A DNA stretch of 64,000 nucleotides from Vicugna vicugna (lineage: Eukaryota): assembly GCA_013265495.1 (NCBI GenBank), contig MU058065.1, positions 3,513,003-3,577,002 of the forward strand, in the 5' to 3' direction. The notes beneath the pieces were generated by a model. That model saw only the letters and a list, made by a program, of their open reading frames with translations. It did no database searches and was not told where the DNA came from. The position numbers and the translations under genes are program-made. Below are positions 1 through 13,625 of the stretch, piece by piece (position 1 is the first letter of the stretch; each line of letters starts with the position of its first letter).

Positions 1-169
1 ACCCAACCACATCCGCCACAAGATTGTGGAGATGGCCCACCATGGCATCCGGCCCTGCGTCATCTCCCGCCAGTTGCGCGTGTCCCACGGCTGCGTCTCT
101 AAGATCTTGTGCAGGTATCAGGAGACGGGCTCCATCCGTCCCGGTGCCATCGGTGGCAGCAAGCCCAAG
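1..169 (+). CDS. PAX3: PAX3 exon 2 (5'-truncated by window edge), N-terminal (PAI) part of the paired domain
   Basis: Frame from nt 2 reads [56 protein letters not shown], a Pax3/7-class paired box; phase-0 donor AAG|GTGAGT at 169/170. Confidence 0.97.
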
Positions 170-290
170 GTGAGTGCGCCGCCTGGCCCTGAGGCCTTCG
201 ATCTGTGGTGTCCAGAGTTAGGGAAGAGCAGCCCTGGGGCAAGGACTGCCATCTGGAGCTTTCCAAGGAGATTTTCCCTAGTCCGGGAAG

Positions 291-292
<2 letters not shown>

Positions 293-338
<46 letters not shown>
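293..338. repeat. (GT)23 microsatellite in intron 2
   Basis: Perfect dinucleotide run. Confidence 0.95.
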
Positions 339-339
<1 letters not shown>

Positions 340-362
340 GGGAGGGGAGGGGGGGGGACGAG

Positions 363-397
363 NNNNNNNNNNNNNNNNNNNNNNNNNNNNNNNNNNN
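363..397. other. Assembly gap (35 N)
   Basis: N run with tgtgtgttgggagg on both sides. Confidence 0.95.
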
Positions 398-1521
398 TGT
401 GTGTTGGGAGGTGAAGGGAAGGGACTAGATTTCTCTCTGAGCTGGTGTTCCTTGATAAATGCTAAGGAAAAACTCCAGCCTTTCTGCAAAAGGGATAAAG
501 CATTTGTTTTTCATGCCTTAGAATCCTGAAAGCCTCATCAAATTATTTTAACAGGCAAAAACCTAAAGCGTGCAAGCTGTGTGTGCCCACCTGTTGCTGA
601 GTTCTTCCCCAAGGATCCTTCCAGCTCCCAGCACTGCCCTTTCCAATATTAATCCAAGGAGCCACTTTTGGTTCCCTGATGATTCCTCTGCCAACTCCTG
701 TCCCCAAGCGCCTCCAGTCCAAAGTGTCTTCAAGCAGTTAAAAGCTAAAGTGATTTTTCTTTGTAATGAGCCAGTTACTTTTTAAAAAGAAGTTTGGTGC
801 TATCCTCAAATTATTTTGCTTCTCTTTAAAAAAGGAAAGAGAGCCACACAGGCCAGAGCTGAGTGGGAGTGGGGTATAAAGGATCTGCCTTTTCTTCTGG
901 ATGTGGGGGAAATTCAGTATAATTTTCTGGTTGCCACAGGGCAAAACCAAAGGAGAGTTCTGGTAAACTGAAGACTTCCAAACACCCACCTCTTCTCCTC
1001 CAATGCCACCCCCATTTGTAACCTCTCTAAGAATCTCTGGAAACTCCTTTTATTGGGGAAAAAAGGAGCCAGTCTTTTAAATTATCCATATTTGTTACCA
1101 GCTATAGTTTAAAAAAACCTAGATACTCACCTTTTGTATTTCATTTTGCTTTTCACTTTGGCTAAAATCTTATGCTCCTTTGGAAAGGCACAAGTCGCAG
1201 ATCTAACTTGATTTTTCAGCTCCTCTTTCAAGCATTTCTTTTTTAGTTTCGTTTTCTTGCTGATTTAGTGTAAGGAGTTGCCTTTCTTTATTTCCATGGA
1301 TCAGATAGCACCCTCCCCCAATACGTTATGCTTCTTAATTTATCCTGATTATGAGAGCTGATTTGGGAAGGAGAGTGCCCAGTCTGCTGCGGGGTGGGAT
1401 TGTTTCCTGTCTGCCCCTTTCTAAAGAAAACTGTCTCAGAGAGTTGAGGTCCTTTTGCTAACTAGAGGAACCTTCCCATGGGGCACTGGAAGGAGCGTCT
1501 GGCCAGGCCCGGAGGCGGTAA

Positions 1522-1734
<213 letters not shown>

Positions 1735-1949
1735 TGAGGCTCAAGTGTTGGTCGCTAGTACCCAGGCAGGTCGTCTGAGCCATAATCACCCCAATGATCA
1801 ATCTAAGCGATCCGGAGGCGACCGGCCCTGCCCAAGTCTCTTAAATATTTATGAACTAGACATTTTTGACGTTTTATGGAGGGAGTGATGAGCTCCTTAT
1901 CCTGGGGTTGAGAGACCACCGCTGAGGGCTCCCCAAACAGGATTTCTGT

Positions 1950-3300
<1,351 letters not shown>

Positions 3301-3405
3301 GCCCTCTTGCCCTCAGGCATCCAGGGCTGGGCATCTCTGAGCGCTTGGGGGGCTGGAGACTGTCCGTTGAACCTCTAGAGGTTAAAGGAACTTTTGCGCC
3401 CTTAG

Positions 3406-3449
3406 GAAAGGCGCTGATCTCCAAAGAGTTTCCTGCATCAGAAGAGTGA
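3406..3449 (+). CDS. PAX3: Putative alternative terminal coding exon of a short PAX3b-like isoform, (G)KALISKEFPASEE*
   Basis: Acceptor cttttgcgcccttag|GAAAGGCGCTG about 400 nt into intron 4. Phase-1 splicing from exon 4 gives GKAL..., matching the start of the human PAX3b C-terminus as I recall it (GKALVSGVSSH); TGA at 3447-3449. Confidence 0.55.
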
Positions 3450-5779
3450 GGGGAGGGAGAGAAAGAGGGAGAGGGACGGGGGCTGGGACCCGGACCGGGA
3501 GATGGAGAGACTCAAAACTCTTTAAGGCAGTGGCGTTCCAAAGTTGCACCTCATTGATTGCCTTAGAAGTGTGTATGTGTTAAGTTGGCTGTTTTTTCCT
3601 TTGTTTTAAATTGGTTTTCAAATGCGGTAGGGTTTGAGCTGTGTGTGTCTGGGAAGTCAAACAAGTCTAAGTTCTGGGTTACAAACCGAAGGGATCTGGG
3701 TTCTAGGGCAGAACTAGCACCTTTCTCCGCTCAGGGGTGCAGACCACTGGCTTCTTGTCGGCTTCCATCTGCCAGCCTCGAGAGAAAAATCTCTTCCGCG
3801 AGCCGTAAGTGCAGCCTGCTTCCCTTTGACCAGATGTGGGTTATCTTCAGGCTCTAGAGGTACCCCCCACTCCCACAAAAGAAAGTCAGCCTTGTGGGAG
3901 TTGAACTGGGAAAGGCTCAGGGCAGCAGGAGGGTCTCAGTAGTTTTGCGTCTCAGCACTTTTAGCCTTGGGGATGATTGCGCCCCTTTAAAGGCGCGGAG
4001 AGTCGCCGGGTGCCCCCGCCCACAAGCGGCCTTCCTATGCCTGGACTCGGGACTTAGTTGGGCTGAGTTGACTTTAGAGTTGCTGTGGAAGGGCAGGTGG
4101 CTTTCCAGAGGGGCTTGGAGCGGTCACCCACTTGGACCAGCTGGGTCTGAGCCCTCAGCCAGTGGCGTCCAAGGTAGGAGAGTGGGTCGGGAAGCTGGTC
4201 GCTTCTTTTCCCAACTCTTGGGCAGACCGCTGGTCCCCCGAGCCACAGCTTTACAAATCAATGCAAAAATCTGCACACAACCTCGAAAGGACACTTAAAT
4301 TTAGATGTTGCAAATCCAAACCACAGATTTCAAGTATAAACAGAAGCCTGGCCATTCTAGCACACACAGGCAATCAAGAAAGGACACCAAAACCCACAGC
4401 AGGTTGAGCAGGGAGATACATATGCTGTTTTTTCCCCCCCCTCCTTTTAAAGCAGAGGCTTCACAGGGACTCAGTTTAAGCTCCTCCTTTTGGAGAGGTG
4501 AGTTTCTGCCCTGGTCTCTGAGAAGACACCCCGGCTTTTATTCCAGGTCTAGATGCAACATGGAGGTATTGGGGAGGGATGAAGGCAAGAAACCAGCCAA
4601 CCTGAAACCCAACAGGCCCCTGAAGGCAGCGGGGCAATGAGCCCAGAGGGCAAGAGAGGCTTGGGAGGGTAGGTGGAGGGGGCAAGGCTTTACTACTTGT
4701 TGCTGGAGGCGCCTGCGCGGCAGACCGGCAGCTCCCTCGCAGCACCAGCAACCGAGGACCGGGAGACAAAACGCCCCAAATGAGCTGGTCAAACATTTGT
4801 ACAACTTTTCCAGCTTTTACAAAGAAGGCCTTCTCTACACAATCTACACTTGGAGATGAACTTGGGAGACAAAGCCTGGAGAGTCCATTGAAACTCACAC
4901 TTTAGCTCGGCCCAGACAAAGCTCCCGCTCCCAGCAGCTTGATGTGAACAAAGGAAGCCAACCTTTTTATAATTCAAGGAGAAAAGAAGAGAAAACAGCC
5001 CCACAAAGGGCCGAGAATAGACATTATGGGCTTGCAATGAGGGATGAATTATTCAATGAGCCCCAATAGCTGCTGCGCCAGGAAGTTTTATGGACTCTCC
5101 AGCGTGGAAAAAGTGGCCATTTCACCTACAAAATGTTTCTAGTCTTTTGGGCCGTCTAGCTGGGCCCGCTGCCATTCAAGGGCAATTGCTACCATTTTTA
5201 AAATCAGAGTATTCTCCCCAGCGGGGGCTGGACCGTTGAAAACACACACTTCTACACACCTCGGAGGCTGAAGTCTAATTTAATTTGGGGTTGTCAAGGA
5301 AGATGCAGCGTCAGTCTCTTCAGCGCCTCTAGCTCCATTTCCAGATGATCCCCCGAGGGCAAGAGGGGCCCAGAGAAAGGACACAGTGGAGTGGAGTTTG
5401 AAGGGAAGTTTAGAAACCCCCTCAAAATTCCCTCTGCTTTTCGGGACTCAAACAGTCCCGGGCTGTCCCGTTTGGAAAATAGATTGAATATCGATAAAAG
5501 GCTATGAGCGCCCAGGCGAGGTGGGAAGAGCCTGGCTGAGGAGGGACGTTTGGGTCCAGGGTCCGCCTGACCAGGGCGGCGTGCTCTCTCTCTGGAGGTT
5601 CCAAATTCCTTTCCGGCCTGCCGGATGTTGGAGAGACTGGCTTTCTTGGGTACATCTTTTTACTTGTCAGACTCTAGGACACAGAAGTACCCTGAAGGAG
5701 GTCGAACTGCCCTCGTTCTTCTCTCCAGGGTCTTGCTCTTTTTTCTAGATGGCCCCTTTCACCTTCCCAACTTTGCCTT

Positions 5780-6240
5780 GTCCCTTGCCCAATCCAAGAG
5801 CAGCTCTGCGGAGGGACCCGGCGCGCTCTGGGCCGTGTGCCCTGGCGCGCAAGAGACGCTTTGTGCCCCTCTTGGGTCTGTCCTTCCAGCTCTTTTGCCC
5901 TGGTGGAAGGAGAGGGTTGGGCGGCCAGGAACCACCCTCCCTTAACCTCCCCCCTACCCACCCTCTCTCGCCCCTAGTCAGCACCGAGAGCCGAACTGGC
6001 GCAGCCGGAGGAGCCAAACCCCAGTCGCAGCATCGGGGGCTGTGGGCAAGGCCCACGCTGCGGCCACTCAATGGGCGCCTCTGTTCGTCCCCCGGCGCGG
6101 CCGAGCGGGCCCGCGGGCGCCGCCACAATGGGCCGGCCCCCACTCCTGCGCCCTGAGCCAAAGCGCCGCGCCGCCCCCTCCCCTGCGCTCCGGCCGGCTC
6201 GAAGCTTAGCTCGCCGGGCTGCAGCCGACTCAATTGCCTC
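5780..6240. promoter_or_regulatory. Intronic CpG island
   Basis: Dense CpG, e.g. cccggcgcggccgagcgggcccgcgggcgccgcc. Confidence 0.7.
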
Positions 6241-6433
6241 CTTTATGTCCTTCTCACTTTCATCTAGACACAGCCCGCTTTCCCCCCCTTCTTCTCCTCT
6301 TTTTTCCCCCCTTCCTTGCCTGAGGCTCACATTAGTGAAATTTCTGCAACCTCCCCCCATTTTTTTTCTTATTTTAAAGAAAGCCCTTAACACAAAAGCA
6401 GTGACTAATCAATAGAAACTGCTCCTTCATCAA

Positions 6434-6488
6434 CTCCTCCTCCTCCTCCTCCTCCTCCTCCTCCTCCTCCTCCACCACCACCACCAGC
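6434..6488. repeat. (CCT)n(CCA)n trinucleotide repeat
   Basis: About 13 CCT units followed by CCA units; source of the spurious poly-Gly ORF on the minus strand. Confidence 0.9.
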
Positions 6489-9400
6489 AGGGTGACGCTT
6501 TTCCTGTTTGTGAGTTTTGGGAAACATTTTTGCTTTGTGCTGTAATGGAATTAGAGGACAGATGAGGACTGTAAATGGACACGCGACTGCACGACTCTCG
6601 CTTAAATATTTAGATGCAAAGTTACAATTACTGACTTGTTGCAGCGGCTTTGAAGTGGCAGCTCGGGAGTGCAGGGGGAGAGAGGCCAGATTGCCAAATT
6701 GATGTTTTGATTGGGGCTGGAGATACACTTTCATGGGACTCTACTCCTTTTAAGAATCACCAGTGAGCGTGGGAGGTTTGCAACAATTTCAAAGATTGAG
6801 CCAAGAGACCCCAGGCATAGGTCTGTTGGAGCTTACACTCCTTTCATATCGCTCCCTTTCTAGTTGACATTTATGGAAAACAGTACTTTTTTTTTTTTGG
6901 ATGTGAGAAAGTAAAAGTGACAAAAGTTTTGCTCCAGTTTATAAACTTATGAGCGTTTCTAAAATTAACGAGGGAGAGATCAACTTTTCAGCAGGGCATA
7001 ATTTAAAGCAATTAAAAACGCACAGACGTTTGAAAGATCCTGGAAGTATTTCATTTCCAGTGGAATCATGAAAAGAGCAGTTTATCCTTAACGGGAACGC
7101 TACTGAAATCGAGGGGAACCGAAGGCCGGCTCTTCCCCCTCCCCCGAGTTTTGGCGCGAGGAATGGAGGAGGGGGAGAGGCAAGCGAGGGTGAGGGAGGA
7201 ACTTCCACACAGATTAAAAATCATGAGCTGTAAGATCTTACGTTCGTGGCATCGGAACCTTTATTAAAGTGGACGGCCCACTCCCCAAGTCCACTTGTTA
7301 GAATCACGAATTTAATTCCCAAGTCGTCTCTAGTCTTTTGGGTAAATTTCCTGTTTTCTGAAGCCCTTACAGTACTCAACAAGGAAATAGCACCCACTTT
7401 AAAATGTATTGGAAATATCAGAACTTGGATTAAAACACAGCACTGCGTTTACAAGGGTGCAGCGGCAACGATTTTCCTGATGGGAGGATTTAAAAAGAAG
7501 CACCAGAGTTCGGACCGTAGCTTTTTTCTTTTTCGCTGGCTTGTTTTGTTTGGTTGACTGCTGCGTGCTTGCTTTCTAGCCTTATTGAAAACATGCAGGT
7601 TTTCTAATTAATGCTTGAAATTGTATGTTTATTTTGAAGTTTGATTTGATTGTTGATAGCACCGGAACGGGGACGTAGGGGCTTCAAGTGCGTAATAATT
7701 ACTGAAGGGTCATTTAAGAGTCCCCAGGGCTGCGCAATAAAACCCACGGGGGCGGTGAGGCGGAACCAGCAAGTGCTCCTCGGTTCAGGGAGTGGAATAT
7801 GCGGAAATCCATCAGGTGAATAGGAGCGTTGCCACTGAACCCAGGTTCAACATTCATGAATAGATATATTTTAGGGACCAAAAAAAAAAAATCCTTCCTA
7901 ACCAGGAGGTTAAATGTTTAAGTTGTACATAAATAAATAGCCGAAGAATATTAAAAGCTTGAACAAGAACAAGCAAATGCTGGGAGAGTTTGGCCAGGGC
8001 TAGGGCAGAGAAGACTCAGTTCGATTGGGTCCTCCCACAGATAACTTATTTATGCGGGTAAATAAAGATTAAAGAACCATTAAGAATGTACATAGATAAC
8101 TAACAAGACACTAAAAGGCAATTAAGCAGTCAGTTTAATGCCTTATCTCACTCGCTGCTCTGGGGTTGTTTTACAACTAGGAATTAAAATCTGAAAAGGA
8201 AGTTTTCAGCAGCTCTGGCCAAATATTGATTAAGTAGCTGTTTGTTGATACCATTGTTACACATTAAAAGGCCAGGATCGCGGCCCCTCAGTGGCCATCT
8301 TCCATTGTGAGGGATTCTTAACCACTGAGATCAAAGCGGGATCATTTCAACTTATCTGTCTTGGAAAATCCTCCTTTCCCTCTGAAACCGCTAAGGAGGA
8401 TTGACCAAATTCTCTTTAGGAAATAGGAACCGAAAGCAGTTACATGTCATAGGTTTGTAGAGGAGAGATTCATGGGGTGTTTTTAATTATCCTATGGTGA
8501 TTTCTTGTTTAGAACTTAGGCGAAGAGGGTGAATTTATCATCATATAGATCCTCATTTTGGGGAAGGAGGCATGGAAGCTAAGATCACATGTCACTAAAT
8601 TTCTAAAAAATGGAAGTTTCACTGAAACTGCCTTCCAAACTAGAATGATGTAAAGGAAAGACGCCAGAGTTTTATGTAAAACTAGGTGGGGAATAATTAA
8701 ATACACAGGAAACGGAGTTATGTTGACTGCATTTCTCTACATGTGTTTCCACAATTTTTGTGTTTATAGATAGAGTCCCATGTATATTTTTAAACCTTCT
8801 ATAATGTAGGACCAGATATGCGTTGGTTTGTGTGTATAGTTTGTGCATCGTTAAAGTTTATTTATAAGTTGGTCACCATAAATTATACTGGCAGTAAACT
8901 ATACCCAGTTGCACACACAAAAAAGTTTATAGTTTATTTGTTCTATGGATTACACTTTCTAGAATCATCAGGATTTGAGGTAACAGCACAGTTTCCCAAT
9001 TCATTTTCAGCAATGCTGTTGAATGCTAGGGAAAAAATTTCCCTGAATAATTTTATGATTTTTTGGCTGTTGCTTTTTAGATGAACTATTTGACATTTTT
9101 TTGGTTTAAGAATTCAATATATTTGGATTGATTTCTCTTTTATTATGAGAGCTGAAATTCCTGAAAAGGATCTTTGGAAATAGCATCTCTGTGCTTAATT
9201 TGCAAATTCCAACAAATCATTCTAACTGAGGTTGTGAAATTTATGCCAGATTCCGGTTTTGAATATTCAGCTGAGCATCATGGATCTGCCTGTGTGGGGG
9301 ATTTTCTGAATCCCTTTCCCTGACTGTGTTTATTTCAATATTAAATAATTGTGCATAGGGTTTTATTTTTATTTCACTTTGTTTTAAGTATTTTTTTTAC

Positions 9401-9816
9401 TCTTCCTTGTTCACTATTGAACAAGGTAAATCTTGACATACAGAGTCAGAATCATTAGTGAATATTTTCTATTATTATCTCCCAATTAATTAATAATCTA
9501 CCTGTGCTCAAATGTTCTTTGAAATAGTCCCAACCATTGCTATGCGGGACAGCTGCCTGAAATAGATTAAGCTGCAAGTGTGAATCAGCTCAGATCTATT
9601 ATGGTTACCTTGTCCTTGGTCCAGATGCAGCCTTGGAGAGTTCTCTGTTGTATTTTCCATGTACATGTATATTTCATATACTTGCAGAGTTACAGTGACT
9701 TTTTCCTCTTATATATCAGGCTATGTGTTCATATACTGCCAGGGGGACAGCAGAGTCATGCTCCAAGTGAGGTCTGATCTCAATACCAAGGCAGAATTAC
9801 TGACTCAACAACTGGC

Positions 9817-9862
9817 TTATGTCAATTATATTTCAATAAGGCTGGAAAACAATAAATAAAAA
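9817..9862 (+). mobile_element. Very short L1 3'-end fragment
   Basis: tatgtcaattatatttcaataaggctggaaaacaataaataaaa resembles an L1 terminus and closely matches 13567-13600. Confidence 0.5.
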
Positions 9863-11348
9863 TGTGATATTATTATTAAAAAAAACTACTGCTTTTAGCT
9901 AGGGGATTGTGGTCAGAGAAAGTGAAAGGGAATTTCAGAAGTTGCTGTTCTCTTGGAAGATGCACAGCACAGTGGGAACAGAGGACAGTCCTCTGCTCTG
10001 TTGAGAAGGATTTTCTTGCCCATTCCTGCCAGTCTCAGGTCGAGAGTGTTACAGCTCAGTTTTCAGCTCTACTCTGCACTATTGGGCCAAACACTGATCT
10101 TCAATACCACTGAGGTTGTGCTCTCTAATGAACAGAATATACAGAATTTCCAGTTTGTAACTGGGACATGTACAGTTATCAAAATGCTCATTAACATTTA
10201 AAAACCATTTATTTAAGAGAGATGAATTTGAAACGTTACCATTGTCAAAGGGAGCTATGAAAACCATGGGAAGTAGTTGTTGAAGACACTTGAGGAATAA
10301 TGGGCTTTATGAAGTCTCTTCTTTAATGTCTGTTTTCCTTCCTTCCTGATAAAAACTAAGAAGAGACTAACATAATTCCTGCCATGGAAACAGCCACTTT
10401 TCTTTAAATAAGTAATTGTATGTCAGCAAAGGACAATGCGATCAAATTTAGAACTTGATTTGATGCACGTATCTCCTAGAATAAAAATCATCAAAAGGAT
10501 TTTACCTTGTACATCGAATACAGCAAAGTTTGTAGCATTTAAATTTTTGCTGCTGCAATTTAAGTTAAAAACAAACAAACAAAGACAACAAAGAATCCCT
10601 TTTCTTTGGGTTGAAGCAGCTCGATCAAAGTAGTCTGAGTTTTTAATGTCTTCCTTCTTACTGCAGTGACTAGGAAATGAATCTTTGCCAGTAAAACAAA
10701 TTAGAAATCATGATAGGCCAACTAGCCATATATTTGTCTCCTTAACCTCATTTAGTGATTTTTTGACTCTTATGTTTTTTGGGGGGGGGGCAGATTTACT
10801 GCATCTACAACAGTAGATTAATATAAACTCTTGATTCTAGGAGCCAATTTCCCATTCATTCTGGATCTAATTCCATTGGATTCTATTTTAAAATAGCTGA
10901 TCAAAATACTTTGTGAAAAGGAAGGGAGATTCTTCTTGGCTAACTAGTATAGTATTGAGGGAGAAGAAATATCACCAATTTTCAGCATTTAAAATTTTTC
11001 AGGATCATATTGAGAATTTGAATAGTATAGTTTTATGGAGATTAAATGTAAATTTTCAAAAATTTTACAATTGGATGGTAGGCGTACTTCTGGAAACAAC
11101 TGCAGAACTAAGTGTACTTGGCTTTATGTCATTAGATGGAAACAATAAGTAAGTTAGGAGAGAATGGCTAAGAAAGGAAAGTTAATTGCCATGTGTAACT
11201 TATCCTGCAACATGGAGTTGGTATAATTTCATAGTTAATATGGTCACGTACAAACTTACATTTTTAACAAAAAGCCTACATTTGTAGGCTTGTGATTTTT
11301 AGAGGTACACAGATATGCTAAAAGGACAGCCACCATACCCTTATATCA

Positions 11349-11448
11349 TCTCCCCTCCCCTCCCCCTCCCCCCTTCTTCTTCTTCTTCTTCTTCTTTTTC
11401 TTCTTCTTCTCCTCCTCCTCCTCCTCCTCCTCCTTCTTCTTCTTCTTA
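11349..11448. repeat. Compound polypyrimidine repeat (TCCCC)n(CTT)n(CCT)n
   Basis: About 100 nt of essentially pure pyrimidine. Confidence 0.9.
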
Positions 11449-13427
11449 TTTTGGCAAACCCTAATATAAGCATTACCTTACCCAGTTAGCATGAACTTAG
11501 GCATTGTCTGGGAATATTAACATCATTTTTGTTTCCTCTACAAGGTCTATTTTTTTAATCTTATTTTAAAACAATTATAGACTCGTAGAGTCTACTTTCA
11601 AACACATATTTTAAAATTCTTCCAATATTTAAGTACAGTATCATGATTAGGAAAATCTTGGCCAAAGGGTGTGTATGTGTGTCTCCCAATTACCATGGTT
11701 GAGCTTAACCTGAACCAAAGAAAATTAATTGGTCCAATTCATTTTATTATTAAATAAAGCAACAGGTTCCTTCTTTCTGGATTCCTACTTGGCTAGTTTC
11801 CTGACTGAGGTTCCCTTAAGCAATTAAATGTTTCTTGCCTGACTTAAACACACCCCAAAGTCCTTTTTTATGTCTTTGCTTGCCTTATAAGAGCATTGCA
11901 TCCAAGGTAAAAGTGGTCTCTTCTTGCATCCCTAATTTTGCTCTAAAATTGAGACCAAGCATATTTCAGGTGTGACCCCTTGAACTTCAGTTTTGATGTC
12001 TGGTAAGATGGGGGCACATTATACCAATTTCCCAGGGTGATATGAAAATAAAATGAGAAGATGCAAGTTATACTTCTCTCATAGGAACACTCAAAATCTT
12101 GGGGGGAAAAAACCCTCTGAACATGCAGAAAGTGACTAGTCTACTGGCAGATGGGCTCTGCCCAAGGGCAGATAAAAGCTTAATTCAGGCTTAGGAGCAA
12201 CAATGAAGACCAACATACATACATGCACCCACGCACGCACACATCGCCTCACACAAAGTACACTTTTAATGAGTCAAAAAAATTGAGTTGAGTTGATAAG
12301 AAACCCTTTGATACAATAGGCTTTATTGATTTAATAGATTTGAAAAAAAATAGTAAAATTCGAAAACCATCCACTGAGATGTCAAAAGATAGTTCTAAGT
12401 CACTTTTTCTCCCAGTTCTATAAAGATTACTTTTCTCTCTTAGGCTAACTTGGCTACTGAAAACTCTTCCAAATCAAACTTTTCTTTGTTTTGTTTGTGC
12501 ATTTGTTTGCACAGATTCCCTCCCTCACCCCCCTCTGGATGGACAAACAAGTTGCTTTTGGAAAACAGATCTCACAATACGTTCTTACTCCTGAAATCCT
12601 GTCGCAAGCCTTCATTTTGTAGAACTGTGTTTGTATAATGTCTCATTTCATCCCTTCTTCAGCCGGCTTCATTGTTCGTAAATGTCTTTATAGCTCCGCA
12701 CGTGAGATTGTGTGCATTCTTTCTTTCTGCGTGATTCTTCTTAATCCCTCTCCTTTAAAATTTGCGTTCAGAAATATTAAGGAAACTTTGCAAAACAGCA
12801 TTTGTTAAGCTGGAGGATACATTTCAGTGACCTCTCTATTCAGTTTCCCTCTATCCAGCCCCCAACGCTTGGGGCTTCTGTGTGATTGGGGTGTGATGCG
12901 AGGGAGAATAGAAAGTAGCCTGGCTTGTAAGACGTGTGGGGGCTGGCGGGCTCCTGCCCTGTGGTTCTCCCGCTGGAGCAGCTTGGCAGTGGAGCCGCTG
13001 GAGAGAAGGAAGGTTGTTTTCTTATCCCCGCATGCACTGGGCTGACCTGTCTCTGCAGTAGGTCAGGCTGGGGCACCGCCAGTTTACGCAGCTGTCACGG
13101 CTTAGGCGTCGCAGCAGGCAGCCCGGGTTCCTTGGCCAGCCGGCCAGCCCCCAGTGAACTGATAAAAATTCGCTGGCGAGCCCTGGGCCTTCCTTCTGGA
13201 CTCTGGTGGCCCCCCGAAGGCTTTGAGAGGCAAGGGGACTCCTGGATTATGGGGGCCAACTCTCAGCCTCAAAGGGGAAGTGTTCTTTTATCCCAAGGAT
13301 TGCCCTCTTGCCCATCCAGACACTCAAGTGAGAAATATGTGCTTTGTCATATTGTATTCTTAAATCATCATATTTATTTTTGGCTGGATAAAACCTTTAC
13401 TCTGTACATAATTCAAAAGATAGAAGA

Positions 13428-13551
13428 GGGGGAGGGTATAGCTCAGTGGCAGAGTGTGTGCCTAGCAAGCATGAGGTCCTGGGTTCAATCCCCAGGAACT
13501 CCTTTAAAAAAAAATATATACAACCTAACCCCCTACCCTTACTGAAAAAAA
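13428..13551 (+). mobile_element. tRNA-derived SINE, camelid Vic-1-like
   Basis: Head ggggagggtatagctcagtggcagag (A box) ... gggttcaatcccc (B box), A-rich middle and tail; homologous to the copy at 60888-61036. Confidence 0.85.
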
Positions 13552-13625
13552 GAGTATACGGTGCTGTATGTCAATTATATCTCAATAAAAGTGGAAGGAA
13601 AACAAAATTTTAAAGATAGAAAAGG

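Noticed and set aside
170..529. Continuation of the 167-aa ORF past exon 2
   Set aside because: Intron read-through across the GT microsatellite and N gap; there is a strong donor at 170.
5745..6415. Overlapping 110-160 aa ORFs on both strands
   Set aside because: Stop-codon scarcity in a CpG island; low-complexity products with no recognisable domain.
11272..11291. 9-bp inverted repeat aagcctaca-tt-tgtaggctt (similar one at ~18626)
   Set aside because: Short hairpins of this size are expected by chance in 64 kb.
13428..13500. tRNA-like sequence with A and B boxes
   Set aside because: SINE head with tail and TSD; no proper acceptor stem.
12934..13545. 203-aa ORF
   Set aside because: Non-ATG start, no recognisable homology, ends inside a SINE.
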